This document shows positions 13,360-24,451 of a DNA stretch of 64,000 bases, in pieces (position 1 is the stretch's first letter; every line of letters starts with the position of its first letter). Location of the stretch: contig CAWAWS010000014.1 of the NCBI GenBank assembly GCA_963785725.1, forward strand, positions 160,001 through 224,000, read 5' to 3'. The notes beneath the pieces were generated by a model, which was not told the DNA's origin, searched no databases, and was given only the letters and a program-made list of their open reading frames with translations. The DNA comes from an uncultured delta proteobacterium. Lineage in GTDB: Bacteria > Myxococcota_A > Polyangia > Palsa-1104. The position numbers were made by a program, and so were the translations under genes.

Positions 13360-15063
13360 TTACGGCTTTGGCGGCGGGGAGGCGTTGGGCGCGGCGATCG
13401 CCGGCATGTCGCCCGTCGCCGGCGCGCTCGGCTTGGGCGCGCCACCGGCGGTGTCGGCCTGCTGCGCGGACTGAGCGGCGGCGGCGGCGCGCGCGGCGTC
13501 GGCCTCTTCCAGCCGCTGCGCCTCGAGCGAGCGGTCGGGCGGACCGATGGGACGATCTTGGCGGAACTGCTTCTTCATGTGCGAGTTGCGCGTCACGACA
13601 TAGGGCGACTGCAAGAGATCGAGCGGACGCAGGCCCGTCCAGCCCGGCGGCAACGGCGGCTCGACCCATTCGAACACGTGCTTGGCGTCGAGCGGCGCCA
13701 CGTTGACACAGCCGTGCGACTTCACGACGCCGAAACGATCGTGCCAATAGGCGCCGTGAATCGCGTTGTGCCACTGGAAGAACGTCGACCACGGCACTTT
13801 ATTGACGAAATATTCCTTATCTTCGTAGGGCTGATTCTTCATCGTGATCGCCGAAACCTTGGCCCACACGGGATAGGTGCCCATCGGCGTCGGGAAGGCG
13901 CGGCCCGACGACACCAGCGTCGCGAACGTCGGCTTGTCGTCTTCGTAGGTGACCAGCACCTGCTCGCCCAAGTCGATGTCGATCCACTTCTTGATCGTCG
14001 CCGGCACCGTCGTGGGATGCGGCAGGAGGCGCACTTCGTTGAGCGAATCGGCGGCGATCCAGGCTTCGGGCAGGCTGGCGATCGGATTGTCGGGCGAAGG
14101 CGGCGCGGGCGCGGCCGCGGCGTCGGCAGTGACTTCGGCGGCCGGCTTCTTCTTTAGATTTTCTTGCATGATGTTGCCGAACGTCGGTGGCGGCGGCGGA
14201 TCGGCGAACGTCACCTTGAGCCACTTCTTCTTGCCGACGACGCGCTCGTCGACGATGTTGACGCGCGTGCGCCGCTCGAGCTGCGCCGCGGCCGCGCCCG
14301 GTTTGCCCTCGGGCGGCGCCGCGTAGATGTTGGCTTTGTCGGGCGTGACCCAGCCGAACGGCAACGTCACCTTGTCGTTGACGTCGATGCCGTGCCACTC
14401 GGCGCCGCCGCCCATCATGCCGGCGCCCTTCTGCGGAATGACCTTGCCGTCGACGTTGATCCAATATTTCTGGCCGTCCCAGGTGTACGGCTTGTCGACG
14501 GCGGTGGTGTCGCCGCGCTCGAGCATGCGCTCGGGCGTCGCGCCCGCTTTCATGTCGTCGAGCGAGGCCCACATCGGCACTTTGTCGCCCTCTTTGACCA
14601 GCTCCATGACGTACGTGAACGGCAGGCGCGTGCCCTCTTTGATCTTGAGGAGCTGCTCCGTCGACGCCGGCTGATCGGTCGGATGGCCGTCGTGGCCGCA
14701 CAAGTAGCCGAACGGCTCGAGCGCATACCACACGCGCGACGAACAGCCGCCGCGCGACGACTTGACGACGCCCTTCACCGTCAGGCGCGCGCCGTGGATC
14801 GCGTTGCCCACCATCGGCGACGACCACGGGCGGATCTCGATGACCGCTTCGGGCGTCGTCACCTCCACGACTTTGACGTCGGACGGCTCGAGCGGCGGCT
14901 CCGGCAAGAGCTTCGGCGGCTCGTAGGGCTTGATGTCGTCCGCCTTGAGCGGCACGCCGGGAATGACGTGGATCGGATGCGGCACCCACGGCTTGGCCGA
15001 GGCGGCCGTCGGTGGCAGCGTCATCAGGAGGAGCGGCAGAAGCAGGCGGCGGGCGGATCGCAT
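13360..15063 (-). CDS. Secreted L,D-transpeptidase (YkuD family)
   Basis: Signal peptide; WIDIDLGEQVLV, LVSSG, AIHGAYWHDRFGVVKSHGCVN catalytic motif. Confidence 0.9.
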   Translation of the reverse strand: MRSARRLLLPLLLMTLPPTAASAKPWVPHPIHVIPGVPLKADDIKPYEPPKLLPEPPLEPSDVKVVEVTTPEAVIEIRPWSSPMVGNAIHGARLTVKGVVKSSRGGCSSRVWYALEPFGYLCGHDGHPTDQPASTEQLLKIKEGTRLPFTYVMELVKEGDKVPMWASLDDMKAGATPERMLERGDTTAVDKPYTWDGQKYWINVDGKVIPQKGAGMMGGGAEWHGIDVNDKVTLPFGWVTPDKANIYAAPPEGKPGAAAAQLERRTRVNIVDERVVGKKKWLKVTFADPPPPPTFGNIMQENLKKKPAAEVTADAAAAPAPPSPDNPIASLPEAWIAADSLNEVRLLPHPTTVPATIKKWIDIDLGEQVLVTYEDDKPTFATLVSSGRAFPTPMGTYPVWAKVSAITMKNQPYEDKEYFVNKVPWSTFFQWHNAIHGAYWHDRFGVVKSHGCVNVAPLDAKHVFEWVEPPLPPGWTGLRPLDLLQSPYVVTRNSHMKKQFRQDRPIGPPDRSLEAQRLEEADAARAAAAAQSAQQADTAGGAPKPSAPATGDMPAIAAPNASPPPKP

Positions 15064-15186
15064 CGACGCGATCGTAGCAAATGTCGGCAGCGGCGGCTAA
15101 CTCGCGCCTCCCGGCGCTCGCCGATGACGCCGCCGAGGCTGTGAAGTGTGCGGATGCGTGCGGGTGTGCCCGTGCGTGCGTTGCTG

Positions 15187-15310
15187 TTGGGGGCGTGCCT
15201 GGGTGCGGTGCGCGCCGGGCGGAAATAAACCTTCCACCGGCGTGCCGAGCTACACGATGGCCGGCGCGACGGAGCCAGGCTGCGCGCACCGCGCGCCCGC
15301 GCAGCCCGGC
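15187..15310. repeat. Dispersed structured element, copy A
   Basis: TTGGGGGCG-N29-ATAAACCTTC-N20-CGATGGCCGGCGCGACGGAGC then a GC hairpin; same boxes and spacing as 61268-61396. Confidence 0.7.
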
Positions 15311-15365
15311 CAAGCGGACCACCGCTCGGTAAACGATCGGGCGCGCTCGTCGGCGCGCCGCGCGC

Positions 15366-15761
15366 CTACCGGAACCGCTTATGGCACTCCTTGCACGTCG
15401 CCCGCAGGTTCGTCAGCGCCGTGTTCGCCGCCACCGCGTCCTTCGACGCGTACGAGTTCGACAGGTCCGACGCATAACGATTGAGCTTCATCGCCAGCGC
15501 GTCGAACTCGGCGCCCTTGGTGAAATCCTTGATCTTCAAGCTCGTCGCCTGCACGCGCGTCCCCGCCGACGTCAACAGCGCCCACTCGTCGTCGTTGAAC
15601 GACGTCTGCCCGATCTTCTTGAACAGCGGATCCATCACGGTCGCCTGATTGGCCATGACGTCGTCGAGCTTCGTCAGCTTCGGGATCTCTTCCACCGGCG
15701 TCGACAGCTGCGGCGTACAGGCGGAAGCGGCGAGCAACAGCGCGAGCGCGAGCTTTTTCAT
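15366..15761 (-). CDS. Cytochrome c'-like lipoprotein
   Basis: Lipobox ASAC; helical body; C-terminal CKECH heme motif; GAGGAG RBS. Confidence 0.8.
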   Translation of the reverse strand: MKKLALALLLAASACTPQLSTPVEEIPKLTKLDDVMANQATVMDPLFKKIGQTSFNDDEWALLTSAGTRVQATSLKIKDFTKGAEFDALAMKLNRYASDLSNSYASKDAVAANTALTNLRATCKECHKRFR

Positions 15762-15773
15762 GGGTTCTCCTCG

Positions 15774-17231
15774 TCAGTGCGGAACGGCCGGCAGTGAGTG
15801 CGGCTCGGGAATCATCGGCATGTCGGCGCGATCGACGCGCAATCCCGGACGATTGGGCACGCGCGCCGCCGCCGCCACCGGATAAATGCCGGCGACGCCG
15901 AGGAGCACGATGTTGCGCTCGATGTTCGGCTGCATGAACCCGAGATCCGACGGATGCCCGAACTGCCGATAGTATTCGTAGCGCGCGAACACGCCCAGAT
16001 ACGGCAGCGCCTGCCACGTCAACGACGCGTCGGCGAGCGCGATCTCCGCCGTCGCCACCAGGCCCGTCCGCTGTCCGCCCGTCGAATCTTGGTTATAGAG
16101 CTGCGCATGCTCGTAACCACCCGAGCCAGACAAGAACAGGCGCGTCTTCTGCGGCAGCGGCACCGTCACGCGCAGCGTCGCCTGATCGGCTACGAACGTC
16201 GCGCCCGACAGCGGATTGGGCACGATGCTGTGCTCGTAGCGCAATTCGCCCGTCGCCCGCTCGTTGAAGTAGCGCGCCACGGCCAGCGCATACGGCTGCC
16301 AGATGCGCTCCGAGCCGTCGGCGGCGTTCATCGCCATGATGAGCCCGAGCGCCGCCTCCGTGGACCAGAAGTTGGACCAATCGCGACGCCAACGCGCGAT
16401 GGCGCTGTCGATCACCTGCTGCTGCAGCGGCGCGACCGTCCCCGTCGTCGTGTCGCGCGTGGCGCCGTAGATGACATATTCCGAGCGCAGATCGACGCCC
16501 ACCGCGTCGAGCGCGAACAGCCGCTCGGCGCCGAGGTCGACCGTCGTCGTGTACGTGTCCGGCAGCGTCCGCGGCGACAGCGGAATGAACGCCAGGAACG
16601 TCAACGACTGCGCGAAATTCCACTGCTTCGTAATGTGATCGACGAGCGCCTCGTTCGCGCCCTGCGTAAAAAACGTCGTCGAGGTCGCCAGCGACGGGCT
16701 GACCGCGAGCCCGGTGGCATCCGCCGTATTCTGCAGGTTGAGCGTATTGATGCGCCCTTCTTGCGACTGCAAGCCCACCATCAGCTCGGTCTTCTTCGAC
16801 GGAATGAAGAACCCATTCCAATCGAGCGTGTTCGTATACGAGTTCCCTTGCGGATGGAGCACGAACAAGTCGGCGTTGAAGTTGAACGCGAGCCGCTGCA
16901 CCGCCCGCGCCGCGCCCGTCGTGTAGGCGATCCCCGGCCGCAGCTGAAAGAAGAAGTCGCTGAAGCGCGGCAGCGGCGCGCCCTGCGCGCAGGTCGTGGA
17001 CTTGGTCGAATCGCAGGCCGGCGGCGTCGGCGTGCAGTTGCCGGCGGCGTCGCACGACAGCGGCGCATAAGGCGTCGACGGCGCGTTGAAGACGTTGTCG
17101 GTCCAGCCGACGGCGACCTCGGCCGTGCCTTGCACCGAGTTGGCCGCGTGCGCGCGTGGCTCGGCAGCGACGAGAAAGGATGCGGCGGCAGCGATCGACA
17201 GAGCCCGGGCGGCGCGACCGCAACGTGGCAT
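15774..17231 (-). CDS. Outer-membrane beta-barrel, probably for polysaccharide export
   Basis: Signal peptide (AHA), GWTDNV N-terminal motif, alternating aromatic beta-strand pattern; at the edge of the wzx/wza/wzy cluster. Confidence 0.65.
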   Translation of the reverse strand: MPRCGRAARALSIAAAASFLVAAEPRAHAANSVQGTAEVAVGWTDNVFNAPSTPYAPLSCDAAGNCTPTPPACDSTKSTTCAQGAPLPRFSDFFFQLRPGIAYTTGAARAVQRLAFNFNADLFVLHPQGNSYTNTLDWNGFFIPSKKTELMVGLQSQEGRINTLNLQNTADATGLAVSPSLATSTTFFTQGANEALVDHITKQWNFAQSLTFLAFIPLSPRTLPDTYTTTVDLGAERLFALDAVGVDLRSEYVIYGATRDTTTGTVAPLQQQVIDSAIARWRRDWSNFWSTEAALGLIMAMNAADGSERIWQPYALAVARYFNERATGELRYEHSIVPNPLSGATFVADQATLRVTVPLPQKTRLFLSGSGGYEHAQLYNQDSTGGQRTGLVATAEIALADASLTWQALPYLGVFARYEYYRQFGHPSDLGFMQPNIERNIVLLGVAGIYPVAAAARVPNRPGLRVDRADMPMIPEPHSLPAVPH

Positions 17232-17297
17232 GCGCGACAGCCTATCATGACGCGCCGATGCTCGCGCGTTCGCGCGGTGCGATGTTATGCTCGTCGC

Positions 17298-17911
17298 GTG
17301 CCCGCCGACTCCGCCGACTCCGCCGACGTGACGCTGGAGGCGCTCGGCATCCGCCTCGACGGTGCCGACGTGCTGGCGCTGCGCGACGACTGCATCCCGA
17401 TCGCGCGCCGCCTGGTCCACGCGCGCCGCAAGATCGTCGGCCTCTTGCCCGCGTCCGGTCGCGTCGGCGTCACCGCGGTCGGCGTGCAGCTGGGCCTGGC
17501 CACCGTCGAAGTCTCGGGCACGCCGACCGCCTACGTCGACGCCAACGTGCGCTGGCCGGCCATCTCGCAGATCGTCGTCGGGACGCGCGCCGACGACGAC
17601 GAGTCGCTCTTCGCCACCCGCTGGCTGCGCGGCTCGCTCGCGCTCCTGTCGCCGCCGCGCGCCGGTGACGCCGGCGCCGGCCTGCCGCAGCTCGCCCGCG
17701 TCATCCAGACCGGCGGCGAGCTCTTTGCGCACGTCCTCGTCGATCTGACCGGCTTCAAGCAGCTCGGCGAGCACCTGGCGGCGATCGAGATGATGGACGC
17801 CGTCGTCGTCGTGGCCCGCGGCGGCCTGACCCGCGAGCGCGACCTCTTGCGCATCGACCAAGAATTACCGCCCGACCGCAGCCTCGGCGTCCTCATCTCC
17901 AACGTGCGTCC

Positions 17912-17915
<4 letters not shown>
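17298..17915 (+). CDS. Stand-alone BY-kinase-like (CpsD/Wze) protein with degenerate Walker A
   Basis: KIVGLLPASGRVGVT (Walker A without Lys), YVDANVRWP (A'), VLVD (B), DAVVVVARGGLTR, LGVLI. Confidence 0.7.
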
Positions 17916-19005
<1,090 letters not shown>

Positions 19006-19012
<7 letters not shown>

Positions 19013-19069
19013 ACGCGCGCTGACTTGTAGTAAACGCGCGCTGACTTGTAGTAAACGCGCGTTTACTTG
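19006..19069. terminator. 21-bp tandem repeat ending in a palindrome, between convergent stop codons
   Basis: AGTAAACGCGCGCTGACTTGT x2, then AGTAAACGCGCGTTTACT (self-complementary). Confidence 0.65.
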
Positions 19070-20004
19070 CGCGGGCCCACGTGCAAGTAGGCGCGGGCGA
19101 GCGTCTTCCACGTCGCCAGCGAGCGCGGCTGCTGGCGCGCCGCGCGCCACAGCGCCGAGCGCGCCTGACCCCAGCGGTGGTAGCTCAGGTGCTCGTAGCC
19201 GGCCTGATACTCGATGCGCGCGAACGTGCGCTTGACGAACGGCGCGCCCACGAACTGCGGATGCTCGGCCAAAAATTCGCGATAGACCTGATATTCGCCG
19301 TCGACCCAGCTGCCGTCGCGCTGCGCCTGCGCGCTCAAGCTGTCGCCATGCAAGCGGCGCTGCACGAGCGGCTCAGGCAAGTAGCCGACCGGACCCATGA
19401 CCGCCAGGCGCAGCCACAGTCGATATTCCTCGGCTATGCGCTTGCGTGACGCCATGCCGCCGGCGCGCATATAGGCCTCGCGCTGCACCATCGCCGACGA
19501 GCATGAGATCGGATTCTCGTAGAACAGCTGCTCGAAGGGGACGACGGTGCCGTTGATGCCGTAGCGTTTTTGCCGCGACTGCTCCATGTCGTAGCGCGGA
19601 TCGATCTGACCGAGCGCGCCCACCTCCGTCGACGACAACAGCGACTCGGGCATGCTGCGATGAAAGCCGAGCTGCTTCTCCAGCTTTGTCGGCAGCCACA
19701 CGTCGTCGCTGTCGAGGAAGGCGATCCACGGCGCCCGCGCCATGTCGACGCCGCGGTTGCGCGCGCCGCCCGGCCCGGCGTTGGCGTGGCGCACGAGGAT
19801 GAGATCGTCCACACGCTTCGGGCGCACCGGCTCGGGCGAGCCGTCGTCGACGACGATGATCTCGACCGCGCGCAGCGTCTGCGCGCGAATGCTCTCCAGC
19901 GCGTCGTCGAGCCACACCGGCTTGTACGCCGGGATGATGACGCTGACGGCGGGCGCGTCGTGCGCGTTCTCGCCGCGGACGATTTCGACGCGATCTTCAG
20001 TCAT
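19063..20004 (-). CDS. Glycosyltransferase family 2
   Basis: VSVIIPAY, VVDDGS, ARNRG, FLDSDDVW. Confidence 0.92.
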   Translation of the reverse strand: MTEDRVEIVRGENAHDAPAVSVIIPAYKPVWLDDALESIRAQTLRAVEIIVVDDGSPEPVRPKRVDDLILVRHANAGPGGARNRGVDMARAPWIAFLDSDDVWLPTKLEKQLGFHRSMPESLLSSTEVGALGQIDPRYDMEQSRQKRYGINGTVVPFEQLFYENPISCSSAMVQREAYMRAGGMASRKRIAEEYRLWLRLAVMGPVGYLPEPLVQRRLHGDSLSAQAQRDGSWVDGEYQVYREFLAEHPQFVGAPFVKRTFARIEYQAGYEHLSYHRWGQARSALWRAARQQPRSLATWKTLARAYLHVGPRK

Positions 20005-20011
20005 GCTGGGG

Positions 20012-21487
20012 TCATCCGGCGCGTGCCTTTCTGCGGCGTTGCAGCGTTTCGCGCGCGAGCCGCAGCAGCTCGCGGCTGTTTTTGTGATCGATCGTGAGCG
20101 CGCCGGCGACGTAGGCGAGCCCGCCGGCGACGACTTCGGCGCCGAGCGCGATGGCGTTGCCTTGGATGCGCGTGCCCCACAAGAGGTGGCGCACGCCGAG
20201 GACGGCGGCGACGAGCGGCACGCACGCGGCCAGCGGTCGCCACAAGACGGCGCCGATCGCCGACAGTTGAATGCCGTCGGTGGCGCGCACCAGCCACAGC
20301 GACAGCAGCATGCGAATGCCGAAGGCGATGCCGACGGCGAAGCAGCACCACAAGAGGTTGTGGCGGCCGATGGTCGAGATCGAGACGACGATCGCCGTCA
20401 AGTTCACGATCTCGAGGAAGGCGGCGGCGCGCGTGTCGTTGCGCACTTGCATGTAGGCCGACATCGCGCCGGCGACGGGCCGCGTGATCGACAGGCCGGC
20501 CAGCACCATCAGCATCGGGCCCACTTCGACCCAGCGCTTGTCGAGGAACGCCGAGACGATGGTGTTGGCGACGGCGCCGAGCCCGACGGAGAGCGGGAAC
20601 ATGATGAGCGCGATGAGCCCGGTCGCGCGCAAGAGCGCGTCCCGTCGCCGCTCGCGCTCGACGTTGGCCAGCGACGCCAAGAGCACGTCCGTAATCTGCT
20701 CGCCGACTTGGATGGCCGGGATGTCCGCCAAGTTGTAGGCGAGGTTGTAGCCGCCCATGATCCAGGCGCCGTAAAAGCGCGAGACCAGTAAGTTGTCCCA
20801 CTTGCGCGCGACGACGCTGGCGAACTGCCCGACGGAGACGATGCCGCCGTAGCCGACGAGCAGGCGCAGCGTCGCCGCGTCGACGGGCACGAACTCGAGC
20901 CACTCGCGCCGGTCCATCGCCGTCGTCACCATCGCCAAGTTGACGGCCGAGCGCGCGATGTTGCCGTAGACGAGCGCCATGCCGCCGGCGCCGCGCCACG
21001 CCGCGGTGACGGCGACGATCGGCAACGCCGCTTCCGCCATCGCTTTGCCGAGCCCGAGGCGGCGAAAGCGCATGTCGCGCGCCAACAGCCGTTCGGGCAT
21101 GAACGCGATGCGATCGAACGCCATCGCCAGCACCAGGCCGGGCAGAAACAGCGGCAGCTCGGGCGCGTTGACCCAGCGCGAGATCGGCCAGCGCAGCGCC
21201 AGCACGCCCAAAAGCGCGATCACGCCCAGCGTCAGATGAATCAGCGTGGCGTGGAAGATGACGCGGCGGCCGCAGTCGCGGTTGGCGATGACGTACATGC
21301 CGACGCCGAGCTGCGAGAATTGATTGGCCGTGATGACCGCGATCGACGCCGCCGAGACGTCGCCGCAGACGTCGGGCGCCAGGAAATGCGTGAGCGCGAC
21401 GGTGCCGCCGAGGCCGAGCATGCGCGCCGCGCCGCCCATCGCCACTGTCCACGCCACGCCGCTGACTGCTTTGTGCGCCGTGGTCAT
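20012..21487 (-). CDS. wzx: Oligosaccharide flippase
   Basis: About 12-14 TM segments; AVSGVAW N-terminus; DNLLVSRFYG...GGYNLAY (WzxC-like). Confidence 0.88.
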   Translation of the reverse strand: MTTAHKAVSGVAWTVAMGGAARMLGLGGTVALTHFLAPDVCGDVSAASIAVITANQFSQLGVGMYVIANRDCGRRVIFHATLIHLTLGVIALLGVLALRWPISRWVNAPELPLFLPGLVLAMAFDRIAFMPERLLARDMRFRRLGLGKAMAEAALPIVAVTAAWRGAGGMALVYGNIARSAVNLAMVTTAMDRREWLEFVPVDAATLRLLVGYGGIVSVGQFASVVARKWDNLLVSRFYGAWIMGGYNLAYNLADIPAIQVGEQITDVLLASLANVERERRRDALLRATGLIALIMFPLSVGLGAVANTIVSAFLDKRWVEVGPMLMVLAGLSITRPVAGAMSAYMQVRNDTRAAAFLEIVNLTAIVVSISTIGRHNLLWCCFAVGIAFGIRMLLSLWLVRATDGIQLSAIGAVLWRPLAACVPLVAAVLGVRHLLWGTRIQGNAIALGAEVVAGGLAYVAGALTIDHKNSRELLRLARETLQRRRKARAG

Positions 21488-21522
21488 GTGTTATCGAGGT
21501 TCGCGCCGCGAGCGGGGCGCGG

Positions 21523-22101
21523 CTACGGAACGAACAGCGAATCTCCGGCGATGAGCGGCAGATCTTCTTCGGGATGCAGGCCCGACGCGACGCGCTCGTA
21601 GTCGATGGGCACGCGACGCACGCCGTGACCGTCGTTGCGCACGATGACGAGCTTGTGCGGGTCGGCGAACTTGTTGAGCCCGCCGCCCATCGCCACCGCT
21701 TCGGACACGGTCACGTAATACTTGGCCGTGAAGATGCCGCCATGCTCGACGTTGCCGCCGACGGTAAAGCGGTAGCTGTTGACCTCGGTGACGGCGACGC
21801 TGACGACCGGCCCTTCTTTGACGTAGTTCGTCAGCTTGGCCGTGATTTCCTTCTGCAGCTCCGACGGGGTGCGGCCCGCGGCTTGAATGTCGCCGATGAG
21901 CGGCATGGTGATCGTGCCGTCCGGCCGCACGCGCGCGTCGGTCGACATCTCCGGATTCTTCCAGACGTTGATGCGCAGCTGGTCGGAAGCGCCGATCACG
22001 AACTCGCGCTTTCGCGGGTCCGGCTCTTTGCTATAATCATAAACCGACGACGCACAGCCCATCGTCGACAACAGCATGCACATCACAGCGCTTCGGAGCA
22101 T
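21523..22101 (-). CDS. wza: Short OPX polysaccharide export lipoprotein
   Basis: Lipobox MGC; IGASDQLRINVW, VRPDGTITMPLIGDIQAAG; SLBB repeat; no C-terminal helical barrel segment. Confidence 0.9.
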   Translation of the reverse strand: MLRSAVMCMLLSTMGCASSVYDYSKEPDPRKREFVIGASDQLRINVWKNPEMSTDARVRPDGTITMPLIGDIQAAGRTPSELQKEITAKLTNYVKEGPVVSVAVTEVNSYRFTVGGNVEHGGIFTAKYYVTVSEAVAMGGGLNKFADPHKLVIVRNDGHGVRRVPIDYERVASGLHPEEDLPLIAGDSLFVP

Positions 22102-22152
22102 CGACGTTCGCGTCAAGGCGGTCTCCCCGGCGCATCATAACCGGACCGCCTG

Positions 22153-23535
22153 ATGTTCGCCATCCCCGGAATCGTCCTCTTATTGGCGTTTCTGTATACG
22201 CGTCCGCAAGAGTTCATCCCCGAGCTGCGCGCGATCCCGCTTTTGTACGTGTTTTTCGCGCTCGCCATCTTCGGTTGGGCCGTCGATCTCCGCCTGCGCC
22301 GCAGCCGCCCGGTGAGCGTGCCGCAGCTGCCGTGGGTGCTCGGCTTTTACGGCTGGGCCCTGTTCACGGCCGCCATTCGCAAGCCGGAGATGGCCTTGCC
22401 GCTCGCCATCGATCTCGGCATTCCCATCGTCGTCTTCGTGATGCTGGCGACGATGGTGCAGAGCTTTCGCGCCTTCTCCGTCGTCGCCGTCTCGATCTTG
22501 GCGCTCAGCATCTTCTTGGCCGGCATCGGCGTGCATCAAGGTCTGGCGCCATGGGGCTGCCATCGCATCGACGCGTCGTCGACGGATCAAGTGGGCATTT
22601 ACGACGGCCGCAGCTGCAGCGGCGTCAGCGAAAAAGAGTGCGAAGAGGGCGACGTCGAGCCCGGCGCCGACTACGCGTGCGAGAAAATAGGCCTCTTCGG
22701 CACGTCGTCGATCGCCGGCGGTCGCGTCCGTTATCGCGGCGCGCTCAACGATCCCAACGAGCTGGCGCTCGTCATCTCCGTCGGGCTGCCGTTCGCGTTC
22801 GCGCTATTCGAGCGTAAACGCAATCTATGGCGCTTCTTGTTGGCGTTCGGCGGCCTGGCGCTGGTCGCCACCTGCGTCGTCTTCACGCAGTCGCGCGGCG
22901 GCCAATTGGTGTTATTGGCCGTATTGGCCACATATTTCGTCAAACAGTTCGGCTTCAAAGGCTTGATATACGGCGGCATCATCGGCGCGCCGGTCCTGTT
23001 GTTGGGCGGCCGCCAAGGCGAATCCGCCGATTCATCGTCGATCGAGCGCGTCGAATGCATGTACGCGGCGATTCAGATGTTCAAACAATATCCATTTCGC
23101 GGCGTCGGCTTAGGGCAAATTCTCGATTACCACACGCAGACCGCGCATAACTCGTATGCATTGGCGGCCGCCGAATTGGGTTTTCCCGGTATGGTACTTT
23201 GGACCGGCGTCCTCTATGTCACCATCAAGATCCCCTATCAGCTGCTACGCGACTTCGCGCATAAGCCGGAGACGGCCGTCGCGCGCGCCTGGGCGATGGC
23301 GATCTTGTCCGGCAGCCTCGGCATGGCCGTCGGCGTCTTCTTTCTCTCGTTCTGCTATCACCAGACGTTTTGGATTCAAATGGGAATGGCCGGCGCGCTC
23401 TATTCCGCCTGCAAAGCGCACGACCCCGATTGGGAAGTTCGCTTCGGTGCGCGCGATTGGCTATTACTCGTGGGCATCGACAGCGTCCTCGTCGTCGCCA
23501 TATTCCTTTATACCCGCGCCAAAGTGGGCGGCTGA
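22153..23535 (+). CDS. wzy: O-antigen ligase-like / Wzy polymerase
   Basis: Multi-TM; DPNELAL, TQSRGG, PFRGVGLG, AHNSY...ELGFPG. Confidence 0.8.
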   Translation: MFAIPGIVLLLAFLYTRPQEFIPELRAIPLLYVFFALAIFGWAVDLRLRRSRPVSVPQLPWVLGFYGWALFTAAIRKPEMALPLAIDLGIPIVVFVMLATMVQSFRAFSVVAVSILALSIFLAGIGVHQGLAPWGCHRIDASSTDQVGIYDGRSCSGVSEKECEEGDVEPGADYACEKIGLFGTSSIAGGRVRYRGALNDPNELALVISVGLPFAFALFERKRNLWRFLLAFGGLALVATCVVFTQSRGGQLVLLAVLATYFVKQFGFKGLIYGGIIGAPVLLLGGRQGESADSSSIERVECMYAAIQMFKQYPFRGVGLGQILDYHTQTAHNSYALAAAELGFPGMVLWTGVLYVTIKIPYQLLRDFAHKPETAVARAWAMAILSGSLGMAVGVFFLSFCYHQTFWIQMGMAGALYSACKAHDPDWEVRFGARDWLLLVGIDSVLVVAIFLYTRAKVGG

Positions 23536-23559
23536 CCCGATCGCGAGCGGGAGGCGGTA

Positions 23560-24447
23560 ATGGATTGGCGCTTGAAAGCGACGCTACAGAATGTGTTTTC
23601 GCGCGTCCCCGGCGGCGAATCGCTCAATCATTTGTTCCAAAAGTACGTCACGCGCACGTTACCGATCGACGCGCGCCGGCTGACCGAGATCGTGCAGCGC
23701 GCCGGCCGCCACTTGCAGGCGCTGGCGCCGCACCGGCAAAAGCCGCTCGCCGACGCGGTCTTCTACGAGTTCGGCGCCGGCTGGGACTTGGCGAGCCCGC
23801 TCGGCTTTTGGAGCCACGGCGTCGAGAAGCAGTTGTTGGTCGATATTCGCGATCTGTTACGGCTCGACGTCCTGAATCATACGATCGCCCTGTTCGCGCA
23901 CGTCGATCTGCCGTTGCCGCGTCGTCCGGGCGCGCCGTTATTGGCGAAAGAATCGCTGCGCGCGACCTTCGGGATCGATTTCCGCGCGCCCTGCGACGCG
24001 CGCGCCACCGGGCTCGGCGACGGCGCCGTCGACGTCATCACGTCGTCCAATACCCTCGAGCACGTACCGCCCGACGATATTCGCGGCATCTTGCGCGAGT
24101 GCCGCCGCATCTTGGCCGCCGACGGCATGATGAGCATGCTCGTCGACTACCAAGATCATTACTCGTACTTCGATCGCACTATTACGCCCTATAATTTCCT
24201 GCGTTATTCCGAGCGTGATTGGCGCTTCTTCAACCCCTCGCTGCATTATCAAAATCGATTACGACATAGCGATTACGTGCGGCTCTTCGAAGAGTCGGGT
24301 TTCCGCATTCTCGACGTGCAGCCGTCACCGGTCGGCGACTCCGATCTGTCGGCGCTGCGCTCGGTGCCGCTGGCGACGCCGTTTTCCGCCTATCCGGCCC
24401 AAGATCTGGCCATCCGCGACGCACGCTTCGTGCTGACGAAAGGCTGA
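23560..24447 (+). CDS. Class I SAM-dependent methyltransferase
   Basis: YEFGAG motif I, DVITSSNTLEHVP, RILAADG, YQNRLR. Confidence 0.82.
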   Translation: MDWRLKATLQNVFSRVPGGESLNHLFQKYVTRTLPIDARRLTEIVQRAGRHLQALAPHRQKPLADAVFYEFGAGWDLASPLGFWSHGVEKQLLVDIRDLLRLDVLNHTIALFAHVDLPLPRRPGAPLLAKESLRATFGIDFRAPCDARATGLGDGAVDVITSSNTLEHVPPDDIRGILRECRRILAADGMMSMLVDYQDHYSYFDRTITPYNFLRYSERDWRFFNPSLHYQNRLRHSDYVRLFEESGFRILDVQPSPVGDSDLSALRSVPLATPFSAYPAQDLAIRDARFVLTKG

Positions 24448-24451
24448 GCTC

